From a virus: a stretch of 64,000 bases of DNA. Positions 29,432 through 39,119 of this stretch are shown here, in pieces (within the stretch, counting starts at the first letter, position 1; each line of letters starts with the position of its first letter). Below the pieces are notes generated by a model, which saw nothing but the letters and a program-made list of their open reading frames with translations, did not search any database and was not told the DNA's origin. The DNA lies in the IMG/VR virus record IMGVR_UViG_3300025789_001553, positions 1-64,000 of that record; one strand, written 5' to 3'. Position numbers and translations under genes: made by a program.

Positions 29432-30088
29432 ATGAACGTTCCGGAAATTTATAATACATATTTAAGCGTTTCGCGTGGCTCTTTAAACAAGCCTTGGAAA
29501 GCACGTAAAGACTTTAATGATTTTGACAAAACCCCGGATGGTGTTATTTGTAAGCGTTTGGAATTATTCTTTAAGAAATTTCCTCAAATAGATCCAAGAG
29601 ACTATTTTAAAGCACCTTATATTGTTTATAAAGATGAAGAGCATTTTCCGCTAAATTTTTACACTACACAAAAAGCTATAGCTATTTATACTACAGTAGA
29701 AAAGCAAAAGAAAGAAGAATTACCGGATACGGAAAGTCAAATTGAAGACATTAAAAAGACTTTAAAACATATTGCCGGTACTTGCCTTCGCCAGAAAACT
29801 ACACTTACTGATTACTGTAGAGCGAAAGAAGGATATACATATAGAATATTTAACGAATATAATAACAAACTTATTAACATTTATGTACTGATTAAGTTGC
29901 CTTTCTTTGAAAACCAGCTAAACTCTCTTAACCCTCAAGATAAGTTACTTTACTTGAAAGATGCTGCAAATAACATCCAGAAATACAAGATGCGATTGAA
30001 CTCATCCATTAGAGCAAAGAAACTTATTGACGAAGGTCTCAAACTAATAACAAATACAACTAATACTATTGATAAAACTAAAAACTAA
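29432..30088 (+). CDS. hypothetical protein, possibly gp59-like helicase loader
   Basis: 218 aa basic protein immediately upstream of gp32; functional call rests on synteny and size only. Confidence 0.4.
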   Translation: MNVPEIYNTYLSVSRGSLNKPWKARKDFNDFDKTPDGVICKRLELFFKKFPQIDPRDYFKAPYIVYKDEEHFPLNFYTTQKAIAIYTTVEKQKKEELPDTESQIEDIKKTLKHIAGTCLRQKTTLTDYCRAKEGYTYRIFNEYNNKLINIYVLIKLPFFENQLNSLNPQDKLLYLKDAANNIQKYKMRLNSSIRAKKLIDEGLKLITNTTNTIDKTKN

Positions 30089-30108
30089 ACTAAAATCACA
30101 ACACAATT

Positions 30109-31020
30109 ATGAAACCTACGTTTAATTCAAATATGTTCGAAAGCATTAAAAGCGCTCTCGACTCAGCTAAGACAAAAAATACTGGTAGCAGCTTTAAGAA
30201 TCTATTCTCTATTGCTAAGCCAGGTAATTATGTAGTACGTTTACTACCTAATATTAAAAACCCAGGTGAAACCTTTTTACATTATTATCATCACGGTTGG
30301 AATAGTATTGCTACCGGTCAATACGTAAGTGTAACATCTCCTTCTACATGGGGTGAACGTTGCCCGATTAGTGAACTATACTTTAAGGTATTACGCGGTG
30401 GTACTCCTGATGAACAAGAAAAGGCTAAAGCAAATCTACGTCGTAAAGAGAACTGGTATGTTAATGTTTATGTAGTAAGTGATCCAGTATCACCAGAAAA
30501 CAACGGTACTGTTAAAGTATTACGTTTCGGTAAACAATTAAACAAGATTATTGAATCTGCTATTAGTGGTGATGATTCAGCTGAATTCGGCGCTAAGATC
30601 TTTGATCTAAGTGAAAATGGCTGTAACTTACGTATTAAAGCAGAATTAGTATCAGATAAGCCAGGTGCACCAAAGTACCCAACTTATACAGCTTCTAAGT
30701 TCTTATCACCATCTGCTATTGATGGCTTAGATGAAGACAAGATTCAAGATGTATATGAAAGCATTTATGATCTTGGTACTTTTGTAGAGCATAAAACACC
30801 TGCAGAATTACAAACATTTATTGATACTCACTATTATGGTACAGATGCTGCTCCAGTATCCGCACCGGTTGTAGAGGAAGAAGAAGATGTACCATACGAT
30901 ACACCTGCACCTAAACCAGCAGCAAAGTCAGTCGCTAAATCGGCACCTATAGTTGCAGAAGATTCAGATACAAACGACGATAAAGTTAAAGCCATTCTCG
31001 ATGGTCTTGATAACTTATAA
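30109..31020 (+). CDS. single-stranded DNA-binding protein (T4 gp32-like)
   Basis: VRLLP, CPI, NVYVVSDP..PENNGTVKVLRFGK, acidic C-terminal tail. Confidence 0.9.
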   Translation: MKPTFNSNMFESIKSALDSAKTKNTGSSFKNLFSIAKPGNYVVRLLPNIKNPGETFLHYYHHGWNSIATGQYVSVTSPSTWGERCPISELYFKVLRGGTPDEQEKAKANLRRKENWYVNVYVVSDPVSPENNGTVKVLRFGKQLNKIIESAISGDDSAEFGAKIFDLSENGCNLRIKAELVSDKPGAPKYPTYTASKFLSPSAIDGLDEDKIQDVYESIYDLGTFVEHKTPAELQTFIDTHYYGTDAAPVSAPVVEEEEDVPYDTPAPKPAAKSVAKSAPIVAEDSDTNDDKVKAILDGLDNL

Positions 31021-31025
31021 TCTCA

Positions 31026-31598
31026 ATGACTGAACAAGAAAGAAGACAGCAAATATTACAAGCTCGTCAGCAGACTGCCCAACAGCGGTCTGCTGTACCC
31101 GCTATGTCAGATACAGAAGCTGAACAATTAGCTTCTCAACAACAGGGGTTAACGCAAGAGCAGATGATTGCTATTGCTATGCTTGGTAAAATGGTGTCTA
31201 ATGATATAGGCGGTATTAAAAAGAACGCTATAGGTGATAGCCTGAAAGTAACAGATGTGGATATGTCTAAAGTAATGCCTTCAAACATTATGAAGGCAGC
31301 TGGTATGACTATACCACAACAAAGACTCTCGCAACAGAGACCAGTACAGCAACCTATTATCAGTCAACCCACTCTACAACCAGCAGCTCAATTTGAAGCA
31401 CTTCCTGTACAGCAGGTTAGTCAACCAGTTTCCGATTCAGGACAACTCGAATTTGATTTAAATAAACAAGCTCGTTACGAAGATATAATAAATGCTATTG
31501 ATAAATTAGAGAATAAGGTTAATATGTTAACCGACAAGATTAACACTCTAATTGACTCTAATAATAAAAAAAAACCGAAGATAGCAAATGGAACTTAA
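31026..31598 (+). CDS. hypothetical Gln-rich protein
   Basis: 190 aa; QLEFDL (clamp-binding-like peptide) then a coiled coil. Confidence 0.55.
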   Translation: MTEQERRQQILQARQQTAQQRSAVPAMSDTEAEQLASQQQGLTQEQMIAIAMLGKMVSNDIGGIKKNAIGDSLKVTDVDMSKVMPSNIMKAAGMTIPQQRLSQQRPVQQPIISQPTLQPAAQFEALPVQQVSQPVSDSGQLEFDLNKQARYEDIINAIDKLENKVNMLTDKINTLIDSNNKKKPKIANGT

Positions 31599-32322
31599 AC
31601 TGGCTAAAAAAGATTTCGCTGATAATTTTTTAAATATTATCAGTAAAGCTGTAGATGTAGCTTGTATCAAGGTCAACAAAGATGGTTTATACGTCTTATG
31701 TAACAAACCTGATACAAGTATTATATTACTTGGTAAATACAACTACCCTATTGATATTGCTCAAGAGCAGTCACTTAATATTGGAGATATTAAAAAGCTG
31801 TTGCGTGTTATTGACTGTATAGAAGAAGATGATTTTACCTTTAAAATTAACAGTAATCATTTATTTCATAAATCAGATTCAATACAATTTAAATATCACT
31901 TTTTAGATGATACAGCAGTACCAAAAGCTTCAATTAAGAAAGAAAAAGTAGAAGCATTAGAACTTGATACCTTTTTTGATATTGATTACCGCAAACTACA
32001 AGAAATCCTTAAAGCAAGTTCGTTTACTACAGATACCAATAAGATATATCTATACGGACAACAAGACGGCGTGTACTGCGAATTAGGTGATAAAGAATCT
32101 GCTAATACAGATAGTGTATCGCTTAAGGTAACTGATAAAATAGAGGGTAAACCATTAAATCAGGTTATACCTTTTAACTTAGATATCTTTAGAGTATTAA
32201 CCGGAGTTAAGTTTGAAACCGCAAGAGTAGGTATCAATCTTAAGCTTAAAATAATGTCATTTTATGTTAAGCCAACACCCGAAACTGAATTTAAGTTTAT
32301 TATTTCTGGATTAGTTAAATAA
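31588..32322 (+). CDS. sliding clamp (gp45/PCNA-like)
   Basis: 244 aa two-domain alpha/beta pattern, NIGDIKKLL; replication context. Confidence 0.65.
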   Translation: MELKLAKKDFADNFLNIISKAVDVACIKVNKDGLYVLCNKPDTSIILLGKYNYPIDIAQEQSLNIGDIKKLLRVIDCIEEDDFTFKINSNHLFHKSDSIQFKYHFLDDTAVPKASIKKEKVEALELDTFFDIDYRKLQEILKASSFTTDTNKIYLYGQQDGVYCELGDKESANTDSVSLKVTDKIEGKPLNQVIPFNLDIFRVLTGVKFETARVGINLKLKIMSFYVKPTPETEFKFIISGLVK

Positions 32323-32652
32323 ATGGCTAACAAGATAACAACTCAAAGTTATTTTATTAAAAGACTTAAAGACTCTGGTTATATGGTTTATAAGATCTTT
32401 GATGAATACGGTGAAGCTGATCCTCGTTCGTGGACTGTAATGATTGATCCAGGCAATGCTTCAGTATTTTGTACATGTTACGTTAATCATCATGGTATGT
32501 TTGGCGAAACATTTTTTGAATTTTATGACGGAGGTCAATATATTCCTGAGCGATTTAAGTTGAAAACTGACTCGATCGAGGTTATAATAAGCTATTTAGT
32601 AAAATATGGAATCAACAACAAATCAGAGTTATACAACGGGCGAACAATTTAA
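32323..32652 (+). CDS. hypothetical protein
   Basis: 109 aa; [12 protein letters not shown]. Confidence 0.6.
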   Translation: MANKITTQSYFIKRLKDSGYMVYKIFDEYGEADPRSWTVMIDPGNASVFCTCYVNHHGMFGETFFEFYDGGQYIPERFKLKTDSIEVIISYLVKYGINNKSELYNGRTI

Positions 32653-32671
32653 GTCCGTAAAATCTTTTAAC

Positions 32672-33331
32672 ATGGCAAATAAAGTAAAACACCCAATACT
32701 TCCTACTGCTAATAGCAGTATGATAACTACAGAAGAAGATAGAAAAGCTATTATTGATAACGCAGCAGAAGCTTATGCAGACTTTCTCGACGCTTTGCGT
32801 ATTGATTGGCGTAATGATGTCAATAGTGCCGACACACCACGTCGTGTAGCTAAGGCATATGTATGTGATCTTATTAAAGGTTGCTATGAGGGGCCACCAA
32901 AGATTACTACATTCCCTTCAGACGGTTATGATGGTATTGTTAGTCAGATGAACATACCTGTAGTATCTATGTGTTCACATCACCATCTATCATTTACCGG
33001 TGTTGCACATGTAGCTTATATTCCTGATAAAAATGGTCAAGTTATTGGTCTATCTAAACTTAATCGTATTGTAGAACATTATGCTCGTCGCCCTCAAATA
33101 CAAGAAGGCTTAACAGTTCAGATTCATAAAGCTATTGATCAACTATGCACAGGCAATCAGGGCGTAGCAGTTATTCTTAAATGCTCTCATACTTGTGCTT
33201 GCCATCGTGGTGTAAAGCATCATGGTTGTGCTATGATTACCTCTAAGTTATCTGGGGATTTTATGAACGAACCACAAACTCGTAAAGAGTTCTATGATTT
33301 TGTTGCTTCCGCTGAACGAGACACTAAATAA
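32672..33331 (+). CDS. folE: GTP cyclohydrolase I
   Basis: [37 protein letters not shown]. Confidence 0.94.
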   Translation: MANKVKHPILPTANSSMITTEEDRKAIIDNAAEAYADFLDALRIDWRNDVNSADTPRRVAKAYVCDLIKGCYEGPPKITTFPSDGYDGIVSQMNIPVVSMCSHHHLSFTGVAHVAYIPDKNGQVIGLSKLNRIVEHYARRPQIQEGLTVQIHKAIDQLCTGNQGVAVILKCSHTCACHRGVKHHGCAMITSKLSGDFMNEPQTRKEFYDFVASAERDTK

Positions 33332-33333
33332 TT

Positions 33334-33759
33334 ATGGTGAGCAAAGAACAAAAAGTATCTAAAGCTAATAAAAAGAACTCTCCTAAAAAGAAAGCTCAAG
33401 CCTCTGCTTCAGATGCTTTAAAGGTTCCGGTACTACCAGTGACGTTAACCGAAGATCAAAAAAAAATTAGAGATCTGATCTTACATGCTCAAGTGGAGTT
33501 TGCTAAACTTAAAAACAATATCATTAAAGAAAGACGTGGAGAGATTGCTGCTCTTGAAACACAAATAAAAGAGTTTATGGGCCCGTTTATGTTAATTGGA
33601 TATGATATTAACAATAATCCAATAGAATTAATATCAGCAAACTCTACTGCAGAGAATGATGCACTACTGGAACGTTTTAGACGTGTAATGTATAAAATTA
33701 ATCAGAATATTGCTAATTCCGGTGGGGAAGACCCTTATGGTCACCAAAATACTGACTAA
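33334..33759 (+). CDS. hypothetical protein
   Basis: 141 aa ORF. Confidence 0.55.
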   Translation: MVSKEQKVSKANKKNSPKKKAQASASDALKVPVLPVTLTEDQKKIRDLILHAQVEFAKLKNNIIKERRGEIAALETQIKEFMGPFMLIGYDINNNPIELISANSTAENDALLERFRRVMYKINQNIANSGGEDPYGHQNTD

Positions 33760-34054
33760 ACTTAAGTTATTTTTTCTACCTAAAAAACGCCGTATTTATG
33801 TTGTTCTTGAAGGGCAATACAAAGGTGAATGGTTAGTGAAGGTAAAAACTGATAAAGAAAATATAACGTTTTTCTCGTTACCGGATAAATTTATACGCGG
33901 TATACCTACAAAAGACTATGAGTGGGGTATACAAAATAAAGTTTTGGAACCAGTAGATGTTTTACCTGAAAAGGTATATAATGTCTGTTTAGCAGAATAC
34001 AACCTTAAAGCTACCGATGTCCAAAAAAATAACGCTCTTAATAGACGGGAATAA
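33737..34054 (+). CDS. hypothetical protein
   Basis: ORF with ATG at 33737. Confidence 0.5.
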   Translation: MVTKILTKLKLFFLPKKRRIYVVLEGQYKGEWLVKVKTDKENITFFSLPDKFIRGIPTKDYEWGIQNKVLEPVDVLPEKVYNVCLAEYNLKATDVQKNNALNRRE

Positions 34055-34940
34055 CACCCTTCACCGCACCCACTGGGTAGCCAATAACACTGGTCGCCAA
34101 TTAATTAACTCAAAAGGTGTTAATGTTGGTAGTACATTTACTTTTCTTAAAACAGTTAAGTCGTATGTAGATCAGTTTAATGCGGATGATGTTTACATTG
34201 CATGGGATAAAAAGCTAACCGAAGGTGCTGTTAATTTTCGTAATACTTTAATGGAAGGTACGTATAAAGCGGGTAGAGATCATGTACGTAACAAAGCGGT
34301 ATACGATGATGCAGATGGAATTATTGAAATTACAAAAACACTTGGAATTAAAAACATTTTTCCAGGAGAGTTAGAAGCAGATGATGTTATTAGCTGGTTA
34401 AGTGAAAATATAGAAGGTAAAAAGATAATTGTCAGTGTTGATAACGACTTTGCACAGTTAGTTAACGACAGTATATCCCTTTATAGCCCAATTAAAAAAC
34501 TTCTTGTAGATGTTAATAACTTTGAAGAATACTATGGATTAAACCCAAAAGAATTCTTGTATTACAAGTGTATAGTAGGAGATAAATCTGATAATATACC
34601 AGGTATTGAGGGAGTAGGTAAAATACGCGGACAAAAACTTGCAAAATTATTTGTTGTTGGGGATACAAAATCTCAAGAACAATGTAATGCACAAGTTTCA
34701 TTAAATATGCCTCTTGTTAGTTTAACCTATGGGTTTAACACACACCCTAATGAAATAAAACTTTATGAAAAGCAGTTTTCTAATGCAAAGAATGCTAAAG
34801 CAGATTTTAGCTCGTTTATTGCATATTGTACAGAGTTAGAGTTTAACTCTATCATAGATAAAATGAGTAATTGGCAAGCTTCCTTTAACAAAACATCGAA
34901 TAATGATGTTTTAGCTGGGTATTTTAAGGCTTTTGAGTAA
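34017..34940 (+). CDS. rnh: 5'-3' exonuclease / T4 RNase H (FEN family)
   Basis: LLIDGNN, AWD, YKAGR, EADD, SVDNDFAQL, GDKSDNIPGI.GVG. Confidence 0.9.
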   Translation: MSKKITLLIDGNNTLHRTHWVANNTGRQLINSKGVNVGSTFTFLKTVKSYVDQFNADDVYIAWDKKLTEGAVNFRNTLMEGTYKAGRDHVRNKAVYDDADGIIEITKTLGIKNIFPGELEADDVISWLSENIEGKKIIVSVDNDFAQLVNDSISLYSPIKKLLVDVNNFEEYYGLNPKEFLYYKCIVGDKSDNIPGIEGVGKIRGQKLAKLFVVGDTKSQEQCNAQVSLNMPLVSLTYGFNTHPNEIKLYEKQFSNAKNAKADFSSFIAYCTELEFNSIIDKMSNWQASFNKTSNNDVLAGYFKAFE

Positions 34941-34950
34941 GTATTTGATT

Positions 34951-35145
34951 ATGTTACCAAATACAATAGAACCACGCCCATCTTCTTGCAGTACTTGTGG
35001 TCAACCAGCAGTACACCCACGTATTTCACAAGTTAGACGTGGTAAAGACGTTGTAACCGAAGCTCACTGGATTTGTCCAAGATGTAACAGTAGATTCATG
35101 TATGGGACAGTAAGTATAGTTAACAGTGAAACCAAGAAAAACTAA
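34951..35145 (+). CDS. small zinc-ribbon protein
   Basis: CSTC...CPRC; TAAGTA upstream. Confidence 0.6.
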   Translation: MLPNTIEPRPSSCSTCGQPAVHPRISQVRRGKDVVTEAHWICPRCNSRFMYGTVSIVNSETKKN

Positions 35146-35521
35146 GAAAATCCTTGACGAGTCGTCATTCTACACTGGCTCATACTCTGGCCAACAGGCT
35201 CCGGAGACAACATCAGCTTACGAGTACAGTAGAGACAGTGTTCCTACACTGAACAAAATCGAGGAACTTAGAAACAAAGGAAACAATATGGGTGTTCCAC
35301 AAGAATTGCCGTTTCCTTTTCAAGATTCTGTTAGAGAGCTTGCTGATTTATATTTAAAAGCACAAGATTTAAGAAATAAAGCACGTGATGCTGCAAAATT
35401 ACCTTTTTTTAAAGGTAGAGAAGCTAAGCTTGAATCATTCCGTGGTAAACTAAACGGTATTATGGTTGAGTGTAAAAAGTTAGCTGCTGATTTGCACAAT
35501 TTTTCTCTTGCACCTAAGTGA
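35126..35521 (+). CDS. hypothetical protein
   Basis: 131 aa ORF. Confidence 0.55.
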   Translation: MKPRKTKKILDESSFYTGSYSGQQAPETTSAYEYSRDSVPTLNKIEELRNKGNNMGVPQELPFPFQDSVRELADLYLKAQDLRNKARDAAKLPFFKGREAKLESFRGKLNGIMVECKKLAADLHNFSLAPK

Positions 35522-35546
35522 ATAAGTTCCTCTAATAGGGGATCTT

Positions 35547-35972
35547 ATGAGAGACAAATTAATATTATTATTTAAATCATTAACCGTAACTGTGGCTATA
35601 TCTGCCTTAATAGGTGGAACAGTTGCTTATTTCGGCCACCCATTTTGGATGTGGTTTGTAGTAGCATTTATCGGTCAATTCTTGGTATCTTATATTTCTA
35701 ATTCGTTTTTAGAATATAAAGCATTAAGAGAAGCAAGAGCTCTCAAGATAAGAGAGGCTCAAATAGCTGAACAAAATACAATGAGAGTATCTTGTGCATC
35801 CTGTAAAAAAGAAAGTAATGTTATTGTATTCACTAATCAAGAAAATAGATTTAACTGTGGGTTTTGTAATGCTAAAAATTCTGTTTATTTAGTTGCAGAA
35901 ACCGCTTTAGTAACAGACCCTATTTACGATGCGTCAGCACTTAAAAATATTTCATTAAATGGAAACCAATAA
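35547..35972 (+). CDS. membrane protein with C-terminal zinc ribbon
   Basis: Two hydrophobic helices, then CASC...CGFC. Confidence 0.6.
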   Translation: MRDKLILLFKSLTVTVAISALIGGTVAYFGHPFWMWFVVAFIGQFLVSYISNSFLEYKALREARALKIREAQIAEQNTMRVSCASCKKESNVIVFTNQENRFNCGFCNAKNSVYLVAETALVTDPIYDASALKNISLNGNQ

Positions 35973-36249
35973 TACAAATAAAGTATCACTTTACGAATTT
36001 AGCCGTTGGGCTGCTCTAATGGAAGCTGTAAATATTATAGCCGATAAATGCGAAGATAGGGGCATTGATTTTAATAGCCAAGAAGGCATGAAATATATTA
36101 AGCCATTAGATATTCAAGACTACGTTAATATACGTACTGATGCGTTAATGACTAAAATTAAAACAGCACGTACAATCGAAAAGAACCTTAATAATATCAA
36201 ATGCCTACAAATAGAAAAACAATTAAAACACTTGGAAGTTGTAGGGTAG
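35959..36249 (+). CDS. hypothetical protein
   Basis: 96 aa ORF. Confidence 0.55.
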   Translation: METNNTNKVSLYEFSRWAALMEAVNIIADKCEDRGIDFNSQEGMKYIKPLDIQDYVNIRTDALMTKIKTARTIEKNLNNIKCLQIEKQLKHLEVVG

Positions 36250-36764
36250 TACGTCTCTCAGGTGAGATTACTGAAGAGCTGGCTAATAAGATTATTGACC
36301 AGCTTATCAAGTATGACAAAAAAAGCAATAAAGACATTTTATTGCTTATTGACTCCCCTGGTGGTGATATAGATGCAACGCTTTCAATATACCAAATTAT
36401 ACAGTTATTAAGATGTAATGTAGCAACTTTAGCATTATCTAATGCTGCCTCTGCTGCTGCAGTACTCTTAGCGTGTGGAAAATTAGGTAAACGTATGGTA
36501 ATGGAGCACAGTATTGTTATGCTACATGATATTAGTCAAGCAATGACAGAAGACTATCATAGAGTGTTAGAGAACGAATTAATATCGTTGCGTCTTTCTA
36601 AAGATATATTAAATACTATTTTACATAAACAAAATGTTAAAAAGCCTTTAGATTTGCTAAAACCGGAAGCAACCTATATGCTTGGTAAACAAGCTGTTGA
36701 GCGTGGCTTAGCAGACTATGTTATAAAAGACTTTAATGAACTTTACAATATAACCGTTATATGA
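36201..36764 (+). CDS. clpP: ClpP-like protease subunit
   Basis: LSGEI, IDSPGG, AASAA (catalytic Ser), KR, MLH (catalytic His), GLAD. Confidence 0.85.
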   Translation: MPTNRKTIKTLGSCRVVRLSGEITEELANKIIDQLIKYDKKSNKDILLLIDSPGGDIDATLSIYQIIQLLRCNVATLALSNAASAAAVLLACGKLGKRMVMEHSIVMLHDISQAMTEDYHRVLENELISLRLSKDILNTILHKQNVKKPLDLLKPEATYMLGKQAVERGLADYVIKDFNELYNITVI

Positions 36765-37015
36765 ACAACCCTGAATTTGTAATACTCGATTCTTCAATTA
36801 AGTACATGCATGCTCGTAATGTGCTTGAAGAAGGCCTGTTTTACTGTGATAATAATACGTGGTCCCGTAATTTAGAACGCGCTGTTAAATATTCCGATTC
36901 TAACAGTGCAGTTGACATAGCAAAGAAGCTTCAAGCTGAAGAGAATCTACCTAAAAGAGTGCTTTTAGTACAGAGAAACGGTAACAATATAAATGTAGGA
37001 GATGTTAAGTTTTAG
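36761..37015 (+). CDS. hypothetical protein
   Basis: 84 aa ORF. Confidence 0.5.
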   Translation: MNNPEFVILDSSIKYMHARNVLEEGLFYCDNNTWSRNLERAVKYSDSNSAVDIAKKLQAEENLPKRVLLVQRNGNNINVGDVKF

Positions 37016-37049
37016 TGGATTTATACTTGTTTGTAGTTAATATTATATT

Positions 37050-37346
37050 ATGATCCTTAAATTAACGAACGCTTTTCCTGCTTATAGAGATAAATCTGTT
37101 ATTATTAATACAGACTTTATTGTAAATGCACTTGAAAATTCAATTACAAGAGATGATGGCACGATAGAGAACGTAACAACTGTTCACTGCCCCCCGCATG
37201 GTGTTTGGGAAGTTAAAGAAACTCCAGACGAGATATTTGCCATGATTAACGGTAACACAACAAAAGTATCTCAACCTGTAACTACTTTACTTGAAGAAAC
37301 TACTGCACCAAAAGCAACCACTAAAAAGACACGTAAGAAGTCTTAA
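37050..37346 (+). CDS. hypothetical protein, FlbD-like small beta domain
   Basis: MILKLT...IINTDFI...VKETPDEI pattern. Confidence 0.45.
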   Translation: MILKLTNAFPAYRDKSVIINTDFIVNALENSITRDDGTIENVTTVHCPPHGVWEVKETPDEIFAMINGNTTKVSQPVTTLLEETTAPKATTKKTRKKS

Positions 37347-38123
37347 TTAGTTTTTACAATATTGCAGCATGTGCACGTATTTGGGTAGATACGTCTCATG
37401 CTGTATGTGATCAAATTCCATATTTGATCTAAAGAATATATCTTTACCCTGTTCTATAGCTTCTTTAATTTTTTCCGGGTCAGTGTATTTTGCGTTGTTA
37501 TATTCTTGGTGAGAAAAGTTTTTAATTTTTCTTATTATTGCATTTACATCCCCGAAATAAGAAAAGTGCCAACCGGTTACTTGGTTGTGTAATGTAATAT
37601 CAGCTATAGTAAATCTACTATTTCTAAGCTGTTGCATGTCTGAACCTGATTGTGTAAAAGTAGCTGCATCTACTACTACAGTACCAGGCCACAGGTTTTT
37701 ACATCTGCATTTTGTATTATAATAATAAAAGTGTTGTAAGAACTTATATTGACCGTGTAAATTTGCATTACGTAATTGTTTTAACACATTAGTATCAGGT
37801 ATTTCGTCTACGTCTGATAATAATATTAGGTCATCATTGTTTAATACAGGTAAACCAGTTTGTAAGAATTTTCTTTGACCTATTTCATTAGCCCATGCAT
37901 CTGTAGAAGAATATAGCATATTGTTAGGTACATATTTTATTTTATCTGAAAACACTACAAACTTTTCAGCTATTTTAGGATAAAGTAGTTCTTTCTTATC
38001 TCCTTTAAATGTATACTCGCATTCAGTAATAATAAAAAGATCTACGTGGTCATATAATTCATGTAACCGAAAATTTAACATATCGGATTCCCCATTATAC
38101 ATTATACAATCATAAATATTCAT
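37347..38123 (-). CDS. GT17-like beta-1,4-N-acetylglucosaminyltransferase
   Basis: IYDCIMYNGE..ML..RL.EL, TFKG..K, E..QR, SDVDEIP, GWHFSY, KIKNFSHQE. Confidence 0.85.
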   Translation of the reverse strand: MNIYDCIMYNGESDMLNFRLHELYDHVDLFIITECEYTFKGDKKELLYPKIAEKFVVFSDKIKYVPNNMLYSSTDAWANEIGQRKFLQTGLPVLNNDDLILLSDVDEIPDTNVLKQLRNANLHGQYKFLQHFYYYNTKCRCKNLWPGTVVVDAATFTQSGSDMQQLRNSRFTIADITLHNQVTGWHFSYFGDVNAIIRKIKNFSHQEYNNAKYTDPEKIKEAIEQGKDIFFRSNMEFDHIQHETYLPKYVHMLQYCKN

Positions 38124-38157
38124 ACTTGTTAATTACCATTAGTTTGTAAATAATATA

Positions 38158-38349
38158 GTGGTATTAATACGTAGAGCTTCTAAAGACGGTAAAGACTATA
38201 CTGTCCTAATGTTAAAAGGTGAAGAACCTAAATGGGTTCTTACAACTAACTATGAACATATGCGTATAATGCAAATATTCAAACAAGATAAATTTTATGA
38301 AGGTATCGAAAATGATTTCGTAGACTTTAAAGAAATACTGGATAAATAG
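38158..38349 (+). CDS. hypothetical protein
   Basis: 63 aa, GTG start, TAAATA upstream. Confidence 0.5.
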   Translation: MVLIRRASKDGKDYTVLMLKGEEPKWVLTTNYEHMRIMQIFKQDKFYEGIENDFVDFKEILDK

Positions 38350-38356
38350 ATAATAT

Positions 38357-38431
38357 GCGGGGTTAATTCAGTGGTAGAATATCTGCTTGCCAAGCAGGAT
38401 GTCGGCGGTTCGAGCCCGCCACTCCGCTCCA
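38357..38431 (+). tRNA. tRNA-Gly(GCC)
   Basis: GCGGGGT/ACTCCGC acceptor stem, anticodon loop TTGCCAA, GGTTCGAG T-loop, encoded CCA. Confidence 0.95.
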
Positions 38432-38440
38432 ATTCCTATT

Positions 38441-38665
38441 ATGAACAGTCACCTCATATCTTTATTAAAAGCTACTACCTACAGAGTGTTAGGTAGTCTT
38501 GCAACATTTTTAATTAGCTACCTTTTAACAAAGCGTGCTGACCTGTCTTTAGGTATAGCGGGTATAGATTTTTTTGGTAAAATAGCATTATACTATTTAC
38601 ACGACAGAGTGTGGAGTGTAATACTCGCTAAAAAAACTAAAAAACCTAAAAAAGTAAAAGTTTAA
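38441..38665 (+). CDS. small membrane protein (DUF2061-like)
   Basis: SLLKATTYR...K..LYYLHDRVW; ATG at 38441 (the longer ORF-track version overlaps the tRNA). Confidence 0.7.
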   Translation: MNSHLISLLKATTYRVLGSLATFLISYLLTKRADLSLGIAGIDFFGKIALYYLHDRVWSVILAKKTKKPKKVKV

Positions 38666-39075
38666 ATCTTTAAACTTTCAGGTTTGGTAGCACGAATATA
38701 TACCTCGCCCCAAACTTCTAACTCCCCCATAAGAGCTTGAAACTCTTTTTGAGATAATTTATCTAAATTTGCTAACTTAGCATAAACCTCTTCTGCCATT
38801 TTTTTATAGTGAGCATTTGCTTTATCGCAATCTTTATTAGGATCTTTTTCCATTTTCTCACATTCTGCATAAGGTTTAGCTTTAGCAGCAAAATGAATAG
38901 CTGTTAATGTAGCAAAACCACCCTTTTCTTTTGAACTATGTGCAATCTTAGCAGCTCCAGCAGCTCTTTTTTCTAAGAATTGCTTCAATGCTTCTTCTGT
39001 TTCGGGTTCAGGTTGAACACGTTTTTCAAGCATTAATTGATACTGTTCTGCTAAAACTTTAAGCTGGCTATTCAT
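38662..39075 (-). CDS. hypothetical protein
   Basis: 137 aa; TAAGTA at 39092-39097; N-terminus ...YQLMLE. Confidence 0.55.
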   Translation of the reverse strand: MNSQLKVLAEQYQLMLEKRVQPEPETEEALKQFLEKRAAGAAKIAHSSKEKGGFATLTAIHFAAKAKPYAECEKMEKDPNKDCDKANAHYKKMAEEVYAKLANLDKLSQKEFQALMGELEVWGEVYIRATKPESLKI

Positions 39076-39119
39076 GGTAAATATATTATATTACTTATTG
39101 TTCTTTAACATATTTTAAT

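Noticed and set aside
32672-33331. folE/queD as folate or pterin auxiliary metabolism
   Set aside because: queC, queE and queF are also present, so deazaguanine synthesis explains them more simply
38387-38440. N-terminal extension of the DUF2061-like ORF
   Set aside because: Overlaps tRNA-Gly; ATG at 38441 is the plausible start
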